DNA from: Eledone cirrhosa
Taxonomy: Eukaryota
Direction of reading: 5' to 3'
DNA length: 64,000 bases
Assembly (NCBI GenBank): GCA_964016885.1
Contig: CAXHJY010000181.1
Location: 45,679-109,678 of the forward strand
The number at the start of each line of letters is the position of its first letter. The first letter of the stretch is position 1. The notes beneath the pieces are model-generated. The model worked only from the letters and a program-made list of their open reading frames with translations, was not told the origin of the DNA and ran no database searches. Positions 14,151-28,005 of this stretch are shown here, piece by piece. Both the position numbers and the translations under genes were made by a program.

Positions 14151-15529
14151 TTGAGACAGACTTTAGACTTAGATACATATACACACACTTTCTTACACAT
14201 ATAATGGCATATATAACATTGTGCTATTAAGTTATATACTTCTCTTCTATCTCCATCATGTGGTCAATTTGAGTTGATCAAGATAAACAGTATCTATTTG
14301 TTAACAGAGCAGCAGACTTCAACTGACTTGGTTCTTTGCCAAATGCTAGTGTGCCAAGTTTATTTTATAAACACAAACACATTTTGCTGCTTTCTATATC
14401 AATATCAATGTCCCTTACAGTCAGAACATCAGGCATTGTTTGTGTATTAAAGAGATACACTTGATCAGAACAACCTCTTACATAGGTTCACCAGATCATA
14501 CGTTCTTGGAATTGAATTTATCTGCTGTCATCATCATTATTCAATGTCCATACATTCCATATTTTGATATGATCTCTATGGCTAAACCAATACAAGATAG
14601 GTTTCCAATAATAAACATATATATATAGTTTTGTTGTAAGTATTTGAACTGTGAACATGTCATAGCTATCTATACTTACTGGTGATCATATCCAACACTT
14701 ACTCCTATTTAGATGATACACCCCTTCACTTTTTCCTAATCTCCCCCCACCAATTCAAGCATCATTCATATGCAATCAAACCCCCTCATGTCAAATCTGC
14801 CCTGACTCCATAGGATACCTCCTGTCATTCTTCCCTGATCCACCCCAATTCAAGCATCATTCACCTGCAACCAAGACACCTCCTATCAAATCTACACTGA
14901 CTATAGTTTCATGCTAATCAGGTCTCTTTCAACTGCAAAACCCACAAGCAGTACAACTTCATCACACATCAAACCCTTCCCTAAATATGAGCAGCACACA
15001 ACTATAACCCTCTGAATTACTAAATGCTAAGCCTAGTTATAACTGGGGATCTCTCATGGTAACATACACCCTTAACCCTTTTAGCATATTTCTATTAAGA
15101 TGCACTGCCTACAATTTTCAAATAATTGAGAATTTGAAGGGATTTAGTAATACAACTAACTTTCATTATTAAGCTGGTCTTTGGAGCATAACTGAACAAA
15201 ATGTCTTACATAAAACTATGATTGAAAGTTTTTAGATAAATATAAACACTTTAACCTTTCCATTAACATATTTCTAATGACAGACACTGCCTATGATTGT
15301 CAAATTATTTTGAAAGTAGTGAAGAACCAGGAGTGGTTTCATGCAGTTAACAGAGTGTGAGCATGCTGCTAAGATACAGTAGATGCTAATGCTAGTAATG
15401 GCTACAGTTATTACAATACATGAAAAAGCCTAACATGAAAGTGAATCCCTGACATTCTTCAAGTCATCACACTGTTTCTCTACTTCATAGGCTAGGAAAA
15501 GAGAAAGGCACTCATGCAGCCTTCTTTCT

Positions 15530-16510
15530 ATCAAGTCCAAAACTTCAGAATTATCTCTATAAATGTTGGAACAATGAAAGGTAAGTGTGGCGAGATCGTG
15601 GATGACCTAGTCCTTATAGCTGAATGTATGGGAGAGTTAGAGGCAAATTCAAAGGAAGAAGAAAACACTAGAGTAGAAAGACCTAAAAGTAAACTAAGCA
15701 AAAACAAAGGTGTTAATAATTAGGAAGGAGGACAAGAGGCTGATAACATCAGAGAAGCCAGCTTGCTCGATATGTTGAAAAGAGATGGGCAGAAATTCGA
15801 TAAGGTGTCCACATTGTAATCTATGGATGCACATGACATGTAGTGGGATTATAGACAGGTTACAGAAGAATATAGAGTTTGTATGGGGTAGATGCACAAG
15901 AGAAGTAAGCACTAAGAGCACAAGTGAAATAGATTCCTTCAGTTACCAGGGAAGCTTGTTAGAAGTTGTTGACAGCTTTTGTTACCTAGGTGATCTAATA
16001 AGCAGTGAAGAAGATGCTCTGAAAGTGTGATAGCCAGGGTAAGAATGGGCTGGAAGATGTTTAAAGAGTTGGTACCTCTGCAGACAACAAAGGGCTTCTT
16101 TCTCAGAATGAAGCAAAGGCTGTACAATGCCTCTATGTGAACTGCAATGCTACATGGCAGTGAGACATGGGCCTTGGCAGAAAAAGGCATGTAAAGGTTA
16201 GAAAGAAATGTGAGTATACTCCAATAGATGTGTAATTTTATGTGTATAAATAGCATAGCATAAGAAAGCTAAAAGAACTTGGCATAAGAGGAACTGGATG
16301 TGGTGTGCAAGTAAGAAGACTGTACTGATATGGACATGTGATGCATATGGAAGAAGACAGTTGTATAAAGAAATGCTGAGAAATTACAGTGGTTGGGACC
16401 TGTGGAAGAGACATATCCATGACTTGGGATGCTTAAGAAGCTGAAACAATGGAAATGACAAAGGACCATGAAAATTGGCAACATGCTGTATTGGAGAAGA
16501 CATGCCTACT
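15530..16510 (+). mobile_element. Old, internally deleted RTE LINE (EN start joined to RT end and PHD region)
   Basis: NFRIISINVGTMKG is joined to DDLVLIAE, followed by GRNSIRCPHCNLWMHMTCSG and VDSFCYLG. Confidence 0.8.
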
Positions 16511-16677
16511 AGCAAGAATCCCTCTGCCCTCTCCTCCACTAACACTACTTAGTAGCTATCCTCACCAGCACTGTACACTCTCCACTCCATCGATGTCCTC
16601 TCTACTATCACTCTTTAGCTATTGAGTACAACTACTACTTCTGATACATGGCAGTGCTGCACACACAGGTGTTTTAA

Positions 16678-16881
16678 CTCTTTACAATTTACATTACTCT
16701 GTATATACTATTGTATTTTTGTACATAATTATCTTACATAATATCGATTCTATGAGATTTTGATGTTATTTATTTTGAGAACAATACCTTAACATCAGCA
16801 TGAGCGGACAGTTACAGCCAGTTTGAACAGAAAGAGGTGAGAGAATTCTGGCTGGATATGGACGGTTTAAATGCTAAAGGG
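16678..16881 (-). mobile_element. piggyBac-type MITE
   Basis: TTAA flanks, an end reading ..aaatgctaaaggg, and it is an inverted homolog of 39184-39405. Confidence 0.65.
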
Positions 16882-18148
16882 TTAAACAGATCAACTGACT
16901 AGCCTAACATCACTGACAGGCACACTCCAGCCACAAGCAGTTGTTGACTTGCAACATTTTGTGTGGAACATTAATATCAAAATATCAAGCTTACAAAAGT
17001 TATAGGCGCTGACCCTTTTTCCAGACTTGATAAATAAAAACAAAATAAATGCATCTTTTGTAGGATAAAGAAACAGGTAAATTGAGATGCGAGTCAGTTT
17101 AACACTTTTAATACTGGATTCCTTGAAACCACCGCTGATTCTGTGATAAAAACAAAGCACTTGTTTTAAGGAGGTTCATATCTAAATGTAAACCTATCAT
17201 ATTTTTATATAAGAATATTTTCTTAAGTAATGTTCCAAATACCAACTTAATAATGAAAAAGTTATTTTAATAAAGCCCTTCGAATAATAAGAAAATATAA
17301 TTATATTACTTTACCCTACCAAATTCTTAATACTTTCAAAATTATTTGAAAATCACAGTGTCTTTAATCTGTTAATATTTATCTAAAAATCTTTTATTTT
17401 AATTTTAGATAAGAACCTTTTAGGTTATTTTCCAAACAGCAGCTTAATACCAAGAAAGTTAGTTATATTACAAAATCAAATCCAATTCATGATTATTTTC
17501 AAAATTATTTGAAAACCATAGGCAGTGTCTTTCATTAGAAATATGGCAAAGGAAGGGGTAGAGTAAAGAACAACAATCTTAAATTTCACAATGTTTATTA
17601 TTTAAACTCTAGCAGAGGATAACATTGGAATAATGTCAGTTTATAATTAATTTATATATTTAAAAAAAATGGAAATATTTCTCTGAATATTCTTAAAAAA
17701 AAAAAAAAAAAATTTCCAAAAGAGTTTTGACACAGTTTAAGTATCCACAGAAAGAAGCCTTCAGTCAGGATTTGAGGGAGGGAAAGCATGCCCAAGAAGT
17801 GGGGGTCCAATGTCATTACTGTTCTGTTTTGCTTACTTTTTGTAAAATGTAAAATCTCTATTCACTTGTGTAATATCTAGTCTTAAGTAGGTTTTCAAGT
17901 GTAATTATAAAGAATGTTTGAATTGAAATATGAACTTGTCAAAGTAGCATACATAATTAACTAAAAGTTGAATAAAAGCACATGTTTTAAATGTATATGT
18001 CATATTTATAGCTTATTTTTTCTTCTAATAGAATGTTGAATTATTAATACTGTATATAACTTGACCAGACCATTAACTTTTCTGCTTTTGGACAAGTTAA
18101 TTGCTGTAGACATTTTCAATTAGCATACTTCCCTCTCTTTTTCTCTCT

Positions 18149-18196
<48 letters not shown>

Positions 18197-18771
18197 CATA
18201 TACACATTCATGCCTATCTCCCTCCCCTATTGCCCACCTACAAAGCCCACAGAGCAGAGCGGGCTCTTCAATTAAGACTATGATCAACAACCTCTATAGT
18301 GTTGGTGATCTACATGATAAACACACCCAGTAAAGAATGTAAAGTGGTTGGTACACGGAAGGACATGCAGTTGTAGAAAGCTTGCCAAACATGGGTTGGG
18401 AGGACACTTCAGTTGTGTGAAGGATAGAACAACCTTTCTAGTGTTGGTGATCTACATGACAAAAGCACCCAATACATGCTGTAAAGTGATTGGTGATAGG
18501 AAGGACACCCAGCCATAGAAACCATGCCAAACAAAGGGTTGAGAGGACCCTCTAGTTGTGCAAGGACACAACAGCCTCTCTAGAGCTGGAGCCATGATAA
18601 AATGCACTTGGTTAAATGTGGAACCACATGTGAGATGTGAAGCCCCAGCCTATCGGGGGAGGTTAGTAGGCCCACTTCAGCACGTCTGTGACAATTATTC
18701 CAACCCTTGAAAGTAGATATTAAATTATGATGATACGTCTGTGTGTGTGTATATATATACATATATATATA

Positions 18772-18933
18772 TAATTGTTTCTACTTTAGGCACAAGGCCA
18801 GCAATTACCCAGTGCATTAATGGTACTTTATTTTATTGACCCCCTAAGGATGAAAGGCAAAGTCAACCTCGGCGGGATTTGAACTCAGATCGTAAAGGGA
18901 CGTAACTATGCTTGAAAGCATGGCGTCCGACCC
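18772..18933 (-). mobile_element. tRNA-derived SINE, 5'-truncated
   Basis: Same family as 44519-44706. Confidence 0.85.
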
Positions 18934-19326
18934 TATGTTGAACAATGAAACAAATAAGGTAAGGTTTAGTAGTTAATCCATTTTAGAGGGCAAATAACAT
19001 TTATTTTTATAGATATTAGTCTGGCAGTTGTCTAGGATTCACAATTTGCAGTGATAAAGTAGGTTGATCCCTCCCACCCCCCACTCATGGGGTGAGGGTG
19101 GCAGACATCAACCTAGTTTATATATTTATATATATATATATTAATAAAAGGAATTCCAACTTTGATTTACTCGTTTTATTTACAATCCTTTAAAATTATA
19201 ATGATATTATAATGAAATAGTATGAAGAATGAAACAGTGTTGAACAAAAAGGCGACGATGGTTGCCTGAACACTGTACGGCATATCATGATATATATATA
19301 TATATATATTGATATATTTGTCAACG

Positions 19327-19378
<52 letters not shown>

Positions 19379-19541
19379 CGTTGACAAATATATCAATATG
19401 CTCAGACATGCAGATATATTGCCCTTGGTATGACAGTATGAAAGCTAATAAAACAATGTATTTCTAAGTACTCTTTGGTTATTCCTATAACTATATATAT
19501 ATATATGTGTGTATATATGTGTGTATATATATGTATATATA

Positions 19542-21142
19542 CAGTGCCCCGCAAAAGTTTACAACACATTAGGAAAAATGCAGTTTTAGGTAGTTTTAAT
19601 AAAGTTAGGGTAATGAAAATTTAACTACTGATAGAACATATAATGAGGCATTTAATGATACAATCATATTTTTAAAAAAATAACAAGGAAATAACTCATG
19701 AAGAAAAATCAATATTTTTAGAACGCAAAAGTTTACAACACATTTTATATTTATCGCTTTTTTTCAAGAAAATTCTTAAATTTTCAGATTTAAAATTCAG
19801 TAGAATGTTCTAGATTAGGTTTAAGGTAACATCTAAGGACTATTAAAAACATTACGTCATTATTTGTCTGACAACCATCCTGTAAACATTGACAACCGTC
19901 CTGTAAACATTGACAATATGGGGAAAAATAAACTGATTGATCAAGACCTCTGTAAACGCATTGTAGACCTTCATACAAATGGTGTTGGTTATAGAAAGAT
20001 ATCTTGTCAGTTAAATGTGCCATTGAGTTCAGTTGGTACTATAATTCGTCACTGGAAATCTCATCATTCCATCTGTCATCTAATTAGTTCTGGTCGTCCT
20101 AGAAAGATAACGGAATGTGCAGCTCGGTTATTGATGAGAAAGGTTGGCAACGAACCCCGGTGTACTCTTAAAAATCTTCAGGATGACCTAGAAGAAAGTG
20201 GAGTAAAAGTGAGCTCAGATACAATTAGTCGTTCACTACATCGATACGATATCTTCTCGAGGTCTCCAAGGAAAACACCACTTCTTACGAGGAAACACGT
20301 TCTTCGTCGATTAAACTTTGCAAATGAGCATCTCATCAAACCTGCGTCATTTTGGGAAGTGTACTTTAGTCGGACGAAACAAAAATTTAACTTTTTGGTC
20401 GAAATGCTGTGGCAAAAGTCTGGAGAAAGTAAAGTACTGAATATTCGCCGAAGAATACTATTCCAACTGTAAAATTTGGAGGTGGATCAATCATAGTCTG
20501 GGATTGCTTTAGTGCCACAGGTGTAGGAAATATTGAAATAATAGAAGGAAGAATGGGTGGCGCTTATTATAGAGGTATTTTGCAAAGGAATTTACATCAA
20601 AGTGGACATTCTCTCAGCTTAAAGCCAGGTTGGCTTTTTCAACAAGATAACGATCCAAAGCATACTGCAAAGCTAACACAATCTTGGTTAAGTACGAATG
20701 GAATAAATGTTCTAAAATGGCCATGTCAGTCTCCAGATCTTAACCCGATCGAAAATTTGTGGAGAGAATTCAAAAAAGGAAACCCCAAAATATCCCTGAA
20801 CTAAAGAAAATTTGTTGAGAAGAATGGATAAATATTAGCCAAGAAACATGTAAGAAGTTTGTAGGAGGCTACTCCAAACGCCTACAGGCTGTAATTAGCA
20901 ACACAGGTTACGCTACGAAATATTAAGAGATGATTTAATAAATGTGTTGTAAACTTTTGCGTTATAAAAATATTGATTTTTCTTCATGAGTTATTTCCTT
21001 GTTATTTTTTAAAAATATGATTGTATCATTATATGCCTCATTATATGTTCTATCAGTGGTTAAATTTTCATTACCCTAACTTTATTAAAAGTACCTAAAA
21101 CCGCATTTTTCCTAATGTGTTGTAAACTTTTGCGGGGCACTG
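19542..21142 (+). mobile_element. Complete Tc1 transposon of IR/DR type
   Basis: TA|cagtgccccgc...gcggggcactg|TA. The ~205-bp TIRs each contain two copies of cgcaaaagtttacaacacatt. Length is 1601 bp. Confidence 0.95.
19918..20926 (+). pseudogene. Tc1 DD34E transposase, disrupted
   Basis: HTH..GRPRK, then a frameshift near 20357 and stops (VL*SDETK), then FQQDNDPKH...SPDLNPIE with 34 residues between D and E. Confidence 0.92.
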
Positions 21143-21148
21143 TATATG

Positions 21149-21249
<101 letters not shown>

Positions 21250-21285
21250 ATATATGTATATATGTATATATATGTATATATATGT

Positions 21286-21890
21286 AGGTCACCAGTTGGT
21301 GCTACTGGTAACATGTATCCCAGTACAACCTGTCCCATGGTCGGGTCGTTGGCGACTAAACTGGCAACCCCACCAAGGTTTCTTGGTGAGGAGGGTGACT
21401 TTGGACATCCTGCAGGACTAAAAACAAGACCTGTCAAAGGGCAAAGGAGCTCTTAAGAGTCAATGGCCATCCAAAATCACCGGGAGAGATGACCCCTTAG
21501 CCTTTGTCAAGGCAGAATTCTAGGAGAAGGAAAACTCTGATATAACACCTGCAACTCTGATGGTATCCAATGATGTTGACTTGTTCTTCTTTTTGGTAAA
21601 TATCATCTTGGTTAAGAGAGTGGGACTGGCTTTGTGCAGTGCCTTTGCTCACTATAAAAGCTTCACGGCACAGGCATTGCTTTATATCTGGAGATCTCTC
21701 TGCACTTGTCGTCACAGGGTACCATGGCCCCAGCACTATGTGTCAATATTTGTCACAAGTGTAGTGTTTGTACCAGAGTTTTCAAGTCGCTGGCTGGACT
21801 AAAAGGTCACACTCGTTCAGTGCATCGGTAGGGGTTCTCCTATATGGATATAAAGTAGTGGCCGTACTCGAAAACGAGTTGGCAGCCACC
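21286..21890 (+). mobile_element. ~607-bp non-autonomous RTE-derived element ('element X'), copy 1
   Basis: Six near-identical copies occur in the window. The 3' part encodes [23 protein letters not shown] (C2H2, 21760-21831). Both sides are flanked by TA/TATG repeats. Confidence 0.8.
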
Positions 21891-21935
21891 ATATATATGT
21901 ATATATGTATATATGTATATATATATGTATATATG

Positions 21936-21966
<31 letters not shown>

Positions 21967-22229
21967 GTATATATATATGTATATATATATATATGTATAT
22001 ATATGTATATATATATATATGTATATATGTATATATATATGTATATATATATGTATGTATATATGTATATATGTATATATATGTATATATGTATATATAT
22101 AATGTAGGAGGTGAGTTTTATTGTAGTAGAATAAAGCAATGCAGATATCGGATAAGAAGCACTCTACAGTTTGTAGGACTGGAGTATACATAATATAAGA
22201 TCAAAAGATGGTTAAAGGAGTTCCATGTA

Positions 22230-22296
22230 TTTTATTATGCGCATTTCAAAAACAAACATCATCATGCAATAATATTTGTGTTTTCATCAGATAAAA
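22230..22296 (-). ncRNA. Hammerhead ribozyme (pLTR family)
   Basis: ttttat-CTGATGA-16-bp stem II-GAAA-tgcgca-TA-ataaaa. Confidence 0.8.
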
Positions 22297-22357
22297 CAGG
22301 AGAACATGATATGAAGGCTAAAAAAGTTTTTTTTAGCCTTCATATCATGTTCTCCTG

Positions 22358-22424
22358 TTTTATCTGATGAAAACACAAATATTATTGCATGATGATGTTT
22401 GTTTTTGAAATGCGCATAATAAAA
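22358..22424 (+). ncRNA. Hammerhead ribozyme (pLTR family)
   Basis: ttttat CTGATGA aaacacaaatattatt gcat gatgatgtttgttttt GAAA tgcgca TA ataaaa. Confidence 0.8.
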
Positions 22425-22523
22425 TACATGGAACTCCTTTAACCATCTTTTGATCTTATATTATGTATATATATATATATGTATATATATATGTATATAT
22501 ATGTATATATATATGTATATATA

Positions 22524-22606
<83 letters not shown>

Positions 22607-22671
22607 GTATATATGTATATATATATGTATATATATATATATATGTATATATGTATATATATATATGTATA

Positions 22672-22718
<47 letters not shown>

Positions 22719-22759
22719 GTATATATGTATATATATATATGTATATATGTATATATATG

Positions 22760-22822
<63 letters not shown>

Positions 22823-22863
22823 GTATATATATATGTATATATGTATATATGTATATATATATG

Positions 22864-22896
<33 letters not shown>

Positions 22897-22963
22897 GTAT
22901 AGATGTATATATATATGTATATATATATATGTATATTTATATATATATGTATGTAATAGAGTA

Positions 22964-23487
22964 GACCCGCCTTACCTAAATAAAATTTACCAAATAAATT
23001 TTACCAAAGTAAAATCTACTACAGTCAGTAGGCATCTCTAACAAAATACCCCCCCCCCCCATCCACACCGCCCCTTTCAATGTAAAGTTATGTTGGTGCC
23101 ACAACATCGAGGTCGAAACAAATGAGATCGTGTAGGTGTCACGACAAAAAAACACACAGTCCACGCTGTAATGTGGCCGTGTAGGCAACACGGTAAAAAC
23201 CTCCCAGCCCCACACTGTAAATGTGGTTGGTGTTAGGAAGGGCATTCAACTGTAGAAAACCCGCCAGACAGTCCACGCTGTAATGTGGCCGTGTAGGCAA
23301 CACGGTAAAAACCTCCCAGCCCCACACTGTAAATGTGGTTGGTGTTAGGAAGGGCATCCAACTGTAGAAAACCCGCCAGACAGTCCTATGCGAGCAAGAC
23401 AATCACTCTTGCCTCAAGTGGGAAAACCCCCGTCCAAACCCATGCAAGCGTGGAACACGGACGCTAAACGTTGATGATGATGATGAT
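22964..23487 (+). mobile_element. RTE LINE 3' UTR copy with internal 112-bp tandem duplication
   Basis: Matches 34164-34562; cagtccacgctgtaatg occurs at both 23157 and 23269; ends in a (gat)n tail. Confidence 0.85.
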
Positions 23488-23510
23488 ATATGTATATATA
23501 TATATATGTA

Positions 23511-23561
<51 letters not shown>

Positions 23562-23568
23562 ATATGTA

Positions 23569-23639
<71 letters not shown>

Positions 23640-23691
23640 ATATGTATATATGTATATATATATATATATTTATATATGTATGTATATATGT

Positions 23692-24940
23692 ATCATCATC
23701 ATCATCATCGTTTAACGTCCATTTTCCACACTAGCATGGGTCTGGACGGGAATTGTCCATTTGAGGCAAGATTGGTTGTCTTGCTCAGGACTGTCTAGCG
23801 GGTTTTCTATGGCTGGATGCCCTTCCTAACACCAACCACGTTTACAGTGTGGACTTTGAGGTTTTTACCGTGTTACCTACACGGCCACATTACAGCGTGG
23901 ACTGTGTTTTTTTGTTGTGGTACCAACATAATTTCACATTTTAGGGGGTGGTGTGGATGGGGTGGGGGTAGTGGGACAGGGGTGTATTTTGTTAGAGGTG
24001 CCTACTGACTGTAGGTTTCGCTTTGTACTTAGGCAACGCGGGTCTTCTCTATTACTGTGTAGCGCCAAAGATCTCGGTCCAATGACATTGTCTTGGAGAG
24101 GTGTAAGTGTGTGAGGTCGGAATTTATCAAGTCGTCCCAGGTTTTTCTGGGTCTGCCTACTCCGTGGCTACCGTCTATTTTTATCGCCCTGCACTTTTTT
24201 AAACAGCTGTCGTCTTTCATGCGCATCACGTGACCATACCAATGTAGTCTTCTCTCGAGTAAACAACATCTGATCCCTCTTATTCCTAATTTTTCCCTTA
24301 GTTCGTTTATGCTTTGCCGTTCACGTATATTACTATTACACATCCAGCGGAGTATGCAAGCTCTGTTTCTCTCCAGTCTGCGTATATCCTCTGCACACAA
24401 TGCCCAGGTCTCACTGCCATGTAACATTGATGTTCGTATGCAGGCATCGTACAGCCTGCCTTTCATTTTTAGAGAGAACCCCTTAGCGGCCAATAGTGGT
24501 ATAAGCTCTCTGAACTTTTTCCATCCCGTTCTGACTCTAGCTACTGTACTTTCAGAGCACCCTCCCCCACTGCTTATTTTGTCCACTATTTCTATAGAAC
24601 CATCTGTGCAATGGAATGAGCTAGTATTCTGTGGGCACTTGCTGCTACTTATTGTACCAGAGCACCGGCCACATATAAAATCTATATTCTTAGTTAGCTT
24701 ACCTGTGATCCCACTACATCTTTTATGCACCCATACTTTGCATTTGGGACATAAAATGGAGTTTCTGCCTACTCCTTTCCTACACACTGAGCATGGCCAT
24801 TTCCCAGATGGGACCGGTGCCCTATTTTCCTTCCTACAAACTAGAACTTTAGTCTTAGACAAGTTAACTTTAAGGCCTTTTGATTCTAGGCCATGCTTCC
24901 ATGTTTGGAATTTCTTCTCTAGTTACGCCATTGATTCAGA
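23692..24940 (-). mobile_element. 5'-truncated RTE LINE
   Basis: ORF 24029-24862 covers the PHD finger and RT C-terminus, followed by the 3' UTR and (gat)n tail. Confidence 0.92.
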
Positions 24941-25313
24941 AGTCTATATAATTCTTTCTGGGGTGAGGCTCCCCCCAGAAAGAAATCTATAGACTTCTGA
25001 CAGAGGACTGCTCTCAGAACTGACCAATGGGAAGTTTGACACTTTTTTTGTTATTTTGTTCCTTTAACACCTTGTCCCTTCTACCATTTTATCAATTTTT
25101 AAGCTAACTCCAACAATAACAACACTTAGAATGAGGAATGTTCTAATAACTGACCAATGAGAGGAGAAGAGGACTGAAATTCGTTTGTTTGAATTCATAT
25201 GACTCCAGTTCCTCAGTGAATTAACAACCCAACAAGGAACTGGGCATATCAGAGTATTGACAATATTATACACCTAAACAACATATGTACTTGTCTATAC
25301 CATACTAATTCAA

Positions 25314-25368
25314 ACTGCCTGAAGAGGTCACAGCCAAAGATGGCTGTCACTGAAATATATATAGCAGT
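25314..25368 (+). ncRNA. Minimal type-I hammerhead ribozyme (separate family)
   Basis: actgc-CTGAAGA-ggtcacagcca aaga tggctgtcact-GAAA-tatata-TA-gcagt. Confidence 0.75.
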
Positions 25369-25510
25369 AATAAACGAAGCTAAATTTTAATCATTTGACT
25401 TTTATTTAACTTTATTTTACACTACTCCGGAGTAACCAAACCAACCTGCGCACTTCGTCGAGTGCTCCAGCCTGCATACTGAGATGTTGGTATACAACCA
25501 ACATAAACTC

Positions 25511-25557
<47 letters not shown>

Positions 25558-25577
25558 GTATATATATATATGTGTAT

Positions 25578-26185
25578 GTCAGGTCACCAGTTGGTGCTAC
25601 TGGTAACATGTATCCCAGTACAACCTGTCTCATGGTCGGGTCGTTGGCGACTAAACTGGCAACCCCACCAAGGTTTCTTGGTGAGGAGGGTGACTTTGGA
25701 CATCCTGCAGGACTAAAAACAAAACCTGTCAAAGGGCAAAGGAGCTCTTAAAAGTCAATGGCCATCCAAAATCACCGGGAGAGATGACCCCTTAGCCTTT
25801 GTCAAGGCAGAATTCTAGGAGAAGGAAAACTCTGATATAACACCTGCAACCCTGATGGTATCCAATGATGTTGACTTGTTCTTCTTTTTGGTAAATATCA
25901 TCTTGGTTAAGAGAGTGGGACTGGCTTTGTGCAGTGCCTTTGCTCACTATAAAAGCTTCACGGCACAGGCATTGCTTTGTATCTGGAGATCTCTCTGCAC
26001 TTGTCCTCACATGGTACCATGGGCCCAGCACTATGTGTCAATAATTGTCACAGGTGTAGTGTTTGTACCAGAGTTTTCAAGTCGCTGGCTGGACTAAAAA
26101 GTCACACTCGTTCAGCGCTTCGGTAGGGGTTCTCCTACATGGATATAAAGTAGTGGCCGTACTCGAAAACGAGTTGGCAGCCACC
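25578..26185 (+). mobile_element. Element X, copy 2
   Basis: Near identical to 21286-21890. Confidence 0.85.
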
Positions 26186-26386
26186 ATATGTATGTATATG
26201 TATATATGTATGTATATGTATATGTGTATGTATGTGTATGTATATATATGTATATGTGTATGTATATGTATGTGTATGTATGTATATATGTGTGTATATG
26301 TATGTATGTATATGTATATGTATATGTATGTATGTATATGTATGTATGTATGTATGTGTATATGTATGTATATATATATGTATATG

Positions 26387-26417
<31 letters not shown>

Positions 26418-26618
26418 GTATATGTATGTATATGTATATGTATGTATGTGTATGTGTATGTATGTGTATATGTATGTATGTATGTATGTATGTATATATG
26501 TATGTATATGTATATGTGTGTATGTATGTATGTATATATGTATGTATGTATATATGTATGTATGTGTATATGTATGTATGTGTATATGTATGTATATGTA
26601 TATGTATATATATATGCT

Positions 26619-26880
26619 GCTTTGTGCAGTGCCTTTGCTCACTATAAAAGCTTCACAGCACAGGCATTGCTTTATATCTGGAGATCTCTCTGCACTGGTC
26701 GTCACATGGTACCATGGGCCCAGCACTATGTGTCAATAATTGTCACAAGTGTAGTGTTTGTACCAGAGTTTTCAAGTCGCTGGCTGGACTAAAAAGTCAC
26801 ATTCGTTCAGCGCATTGGTAGGGGTTCTCCTACATGGATATAAAGTAGTGGCCGTACTCGAAAACGAGTTGGCAGCCACC
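26619..26880 (+). mobile_element. Element X, 5'-truncated copy 3
   Basis: The 3' 262 bp of X, ending ggcagccacc. Confidence 0.85.
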
Positions 26881-26946
26881 ATATATATATGTATATATAT
26901 ATATATGTAATATAAGATCAAAAGATGGTTAAAGGAGTTCCATATA

Positions 26947-27013
26947 TTTTATTATGCGCATTTCAAAAACAAACATCATCAAGCAATAATATTTGTGTTT
27001 TCATCAGATAAAA
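26947..27013 (-). ncRNA. Hammerhead ribozyme in the Penelope 3' terminus
   Basis: Same fold as 22358-22424 and sense to the GIY-YIG ORF. Confidence 0.8.
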
Positions 27014-28005
27014 CAGGAGAACATGATATGAAGGCTAAAAAAACACTTGTTGATAGTGCAGTTTTAAATCAACATATGAAAAGTGGTTTTAGATTGATGT
27101 GTGATATTGGGAAAAATATTTTATTTAGGGAGGGGGGGGGGAAAGGATGAAAAGGGAAGGAGATGAGAGGGAGAGATGGGTGATAGAGAGAAAGAGATAG
27201 TTTTTATAACTGAGAGGAGATATATTTTTTACATAGAGGGGTTGAAAACCGTTGGAAGATACTGTATAAATTAAAAATTTTGAAAATTAACGAAGGGAGG
27301 ATATGTGCGAGGAACAAATATTTTATTTAGGGAGGGTGGGGTGGAAAGGATGAAAAAAAGGGGGGAGGAGATGAGAGTGAAGGTGGAGAGGGAGAGATGG
27401 GTGATAGAGAGAAAGAGATAGTTTTTATAACTGAGAAAAAGATATATTGTTTTAATATAGAGAGGTTGGGAACCGTTGGAAGATAATGTATAAATTAAAG
27501 GAATTTGAAAATTAACGAAGGGAAATTATGTATGAAGATAGAGAGAAAAAAATAATAATTGTGGGTGAATATTCTAACGTCAAAAGAAGAAATGTATGTG
27601 TTGTGGCAATTTCAAAATTAGCGAAGAGAAAAATTGTTAAGGTAGAAGGATTTGAGAAGTGTAGAAGGATTTGAGAAAAATAATGTGAAGTTAAAGTTTG
27701 TATATTGAATTGATATGTATTGATAATGAGTTCGTTGATGGGGAGAAAAAAATAATAATAAATTAAGGATGAAATTGAGATTAAAAAGATTTATGATAGA
27801 GAGAAAAAATAATAATGATTGCGGATGAATATTCAAAATGTCAAAAACAAATATTATTTTACGAGATGATAGAATGAGGGTAATGAGTAAACAGGTATTA
27901 TAGAGTGTATAATGCCCTTTAAAGTAAGGTAGATGGGTATATTTTAAAGAGGTGTATGTATATGTGCCTTTGAGAAAAGATTCTAAATTGATAAAGAATT
28001 GAATA

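Larger units (their letters stand above)
22101..22462. mobile_element. Penelope pLTR-like segment with inverted duplication
   Basis: Same sequence as 26909-27060 and 29877-30135. Fold-back arms are ~22190-22325 and 22327-22462. Confidence 0.8.

Noticed and set aside
21560-21802. Repeated 80-aa hydrophobic ORF (MVSNDVDLFFF...) as a small-protein gene family
   Set aside because: It lies within element X, so its conservation reflects recent copying, and it has no recognisable domain.
25578-25670. HDV-like ribozyme at the 5' end of element X
   Set aside because: ccagt/actgg pairing and a gg-gtcg..cgac-taa segment are suggestive, and RTE 5' ends often carry such ribozymes. I could not build convincing P1 and P3 helices by eye, so it needs an RNArobo or Infernal search.
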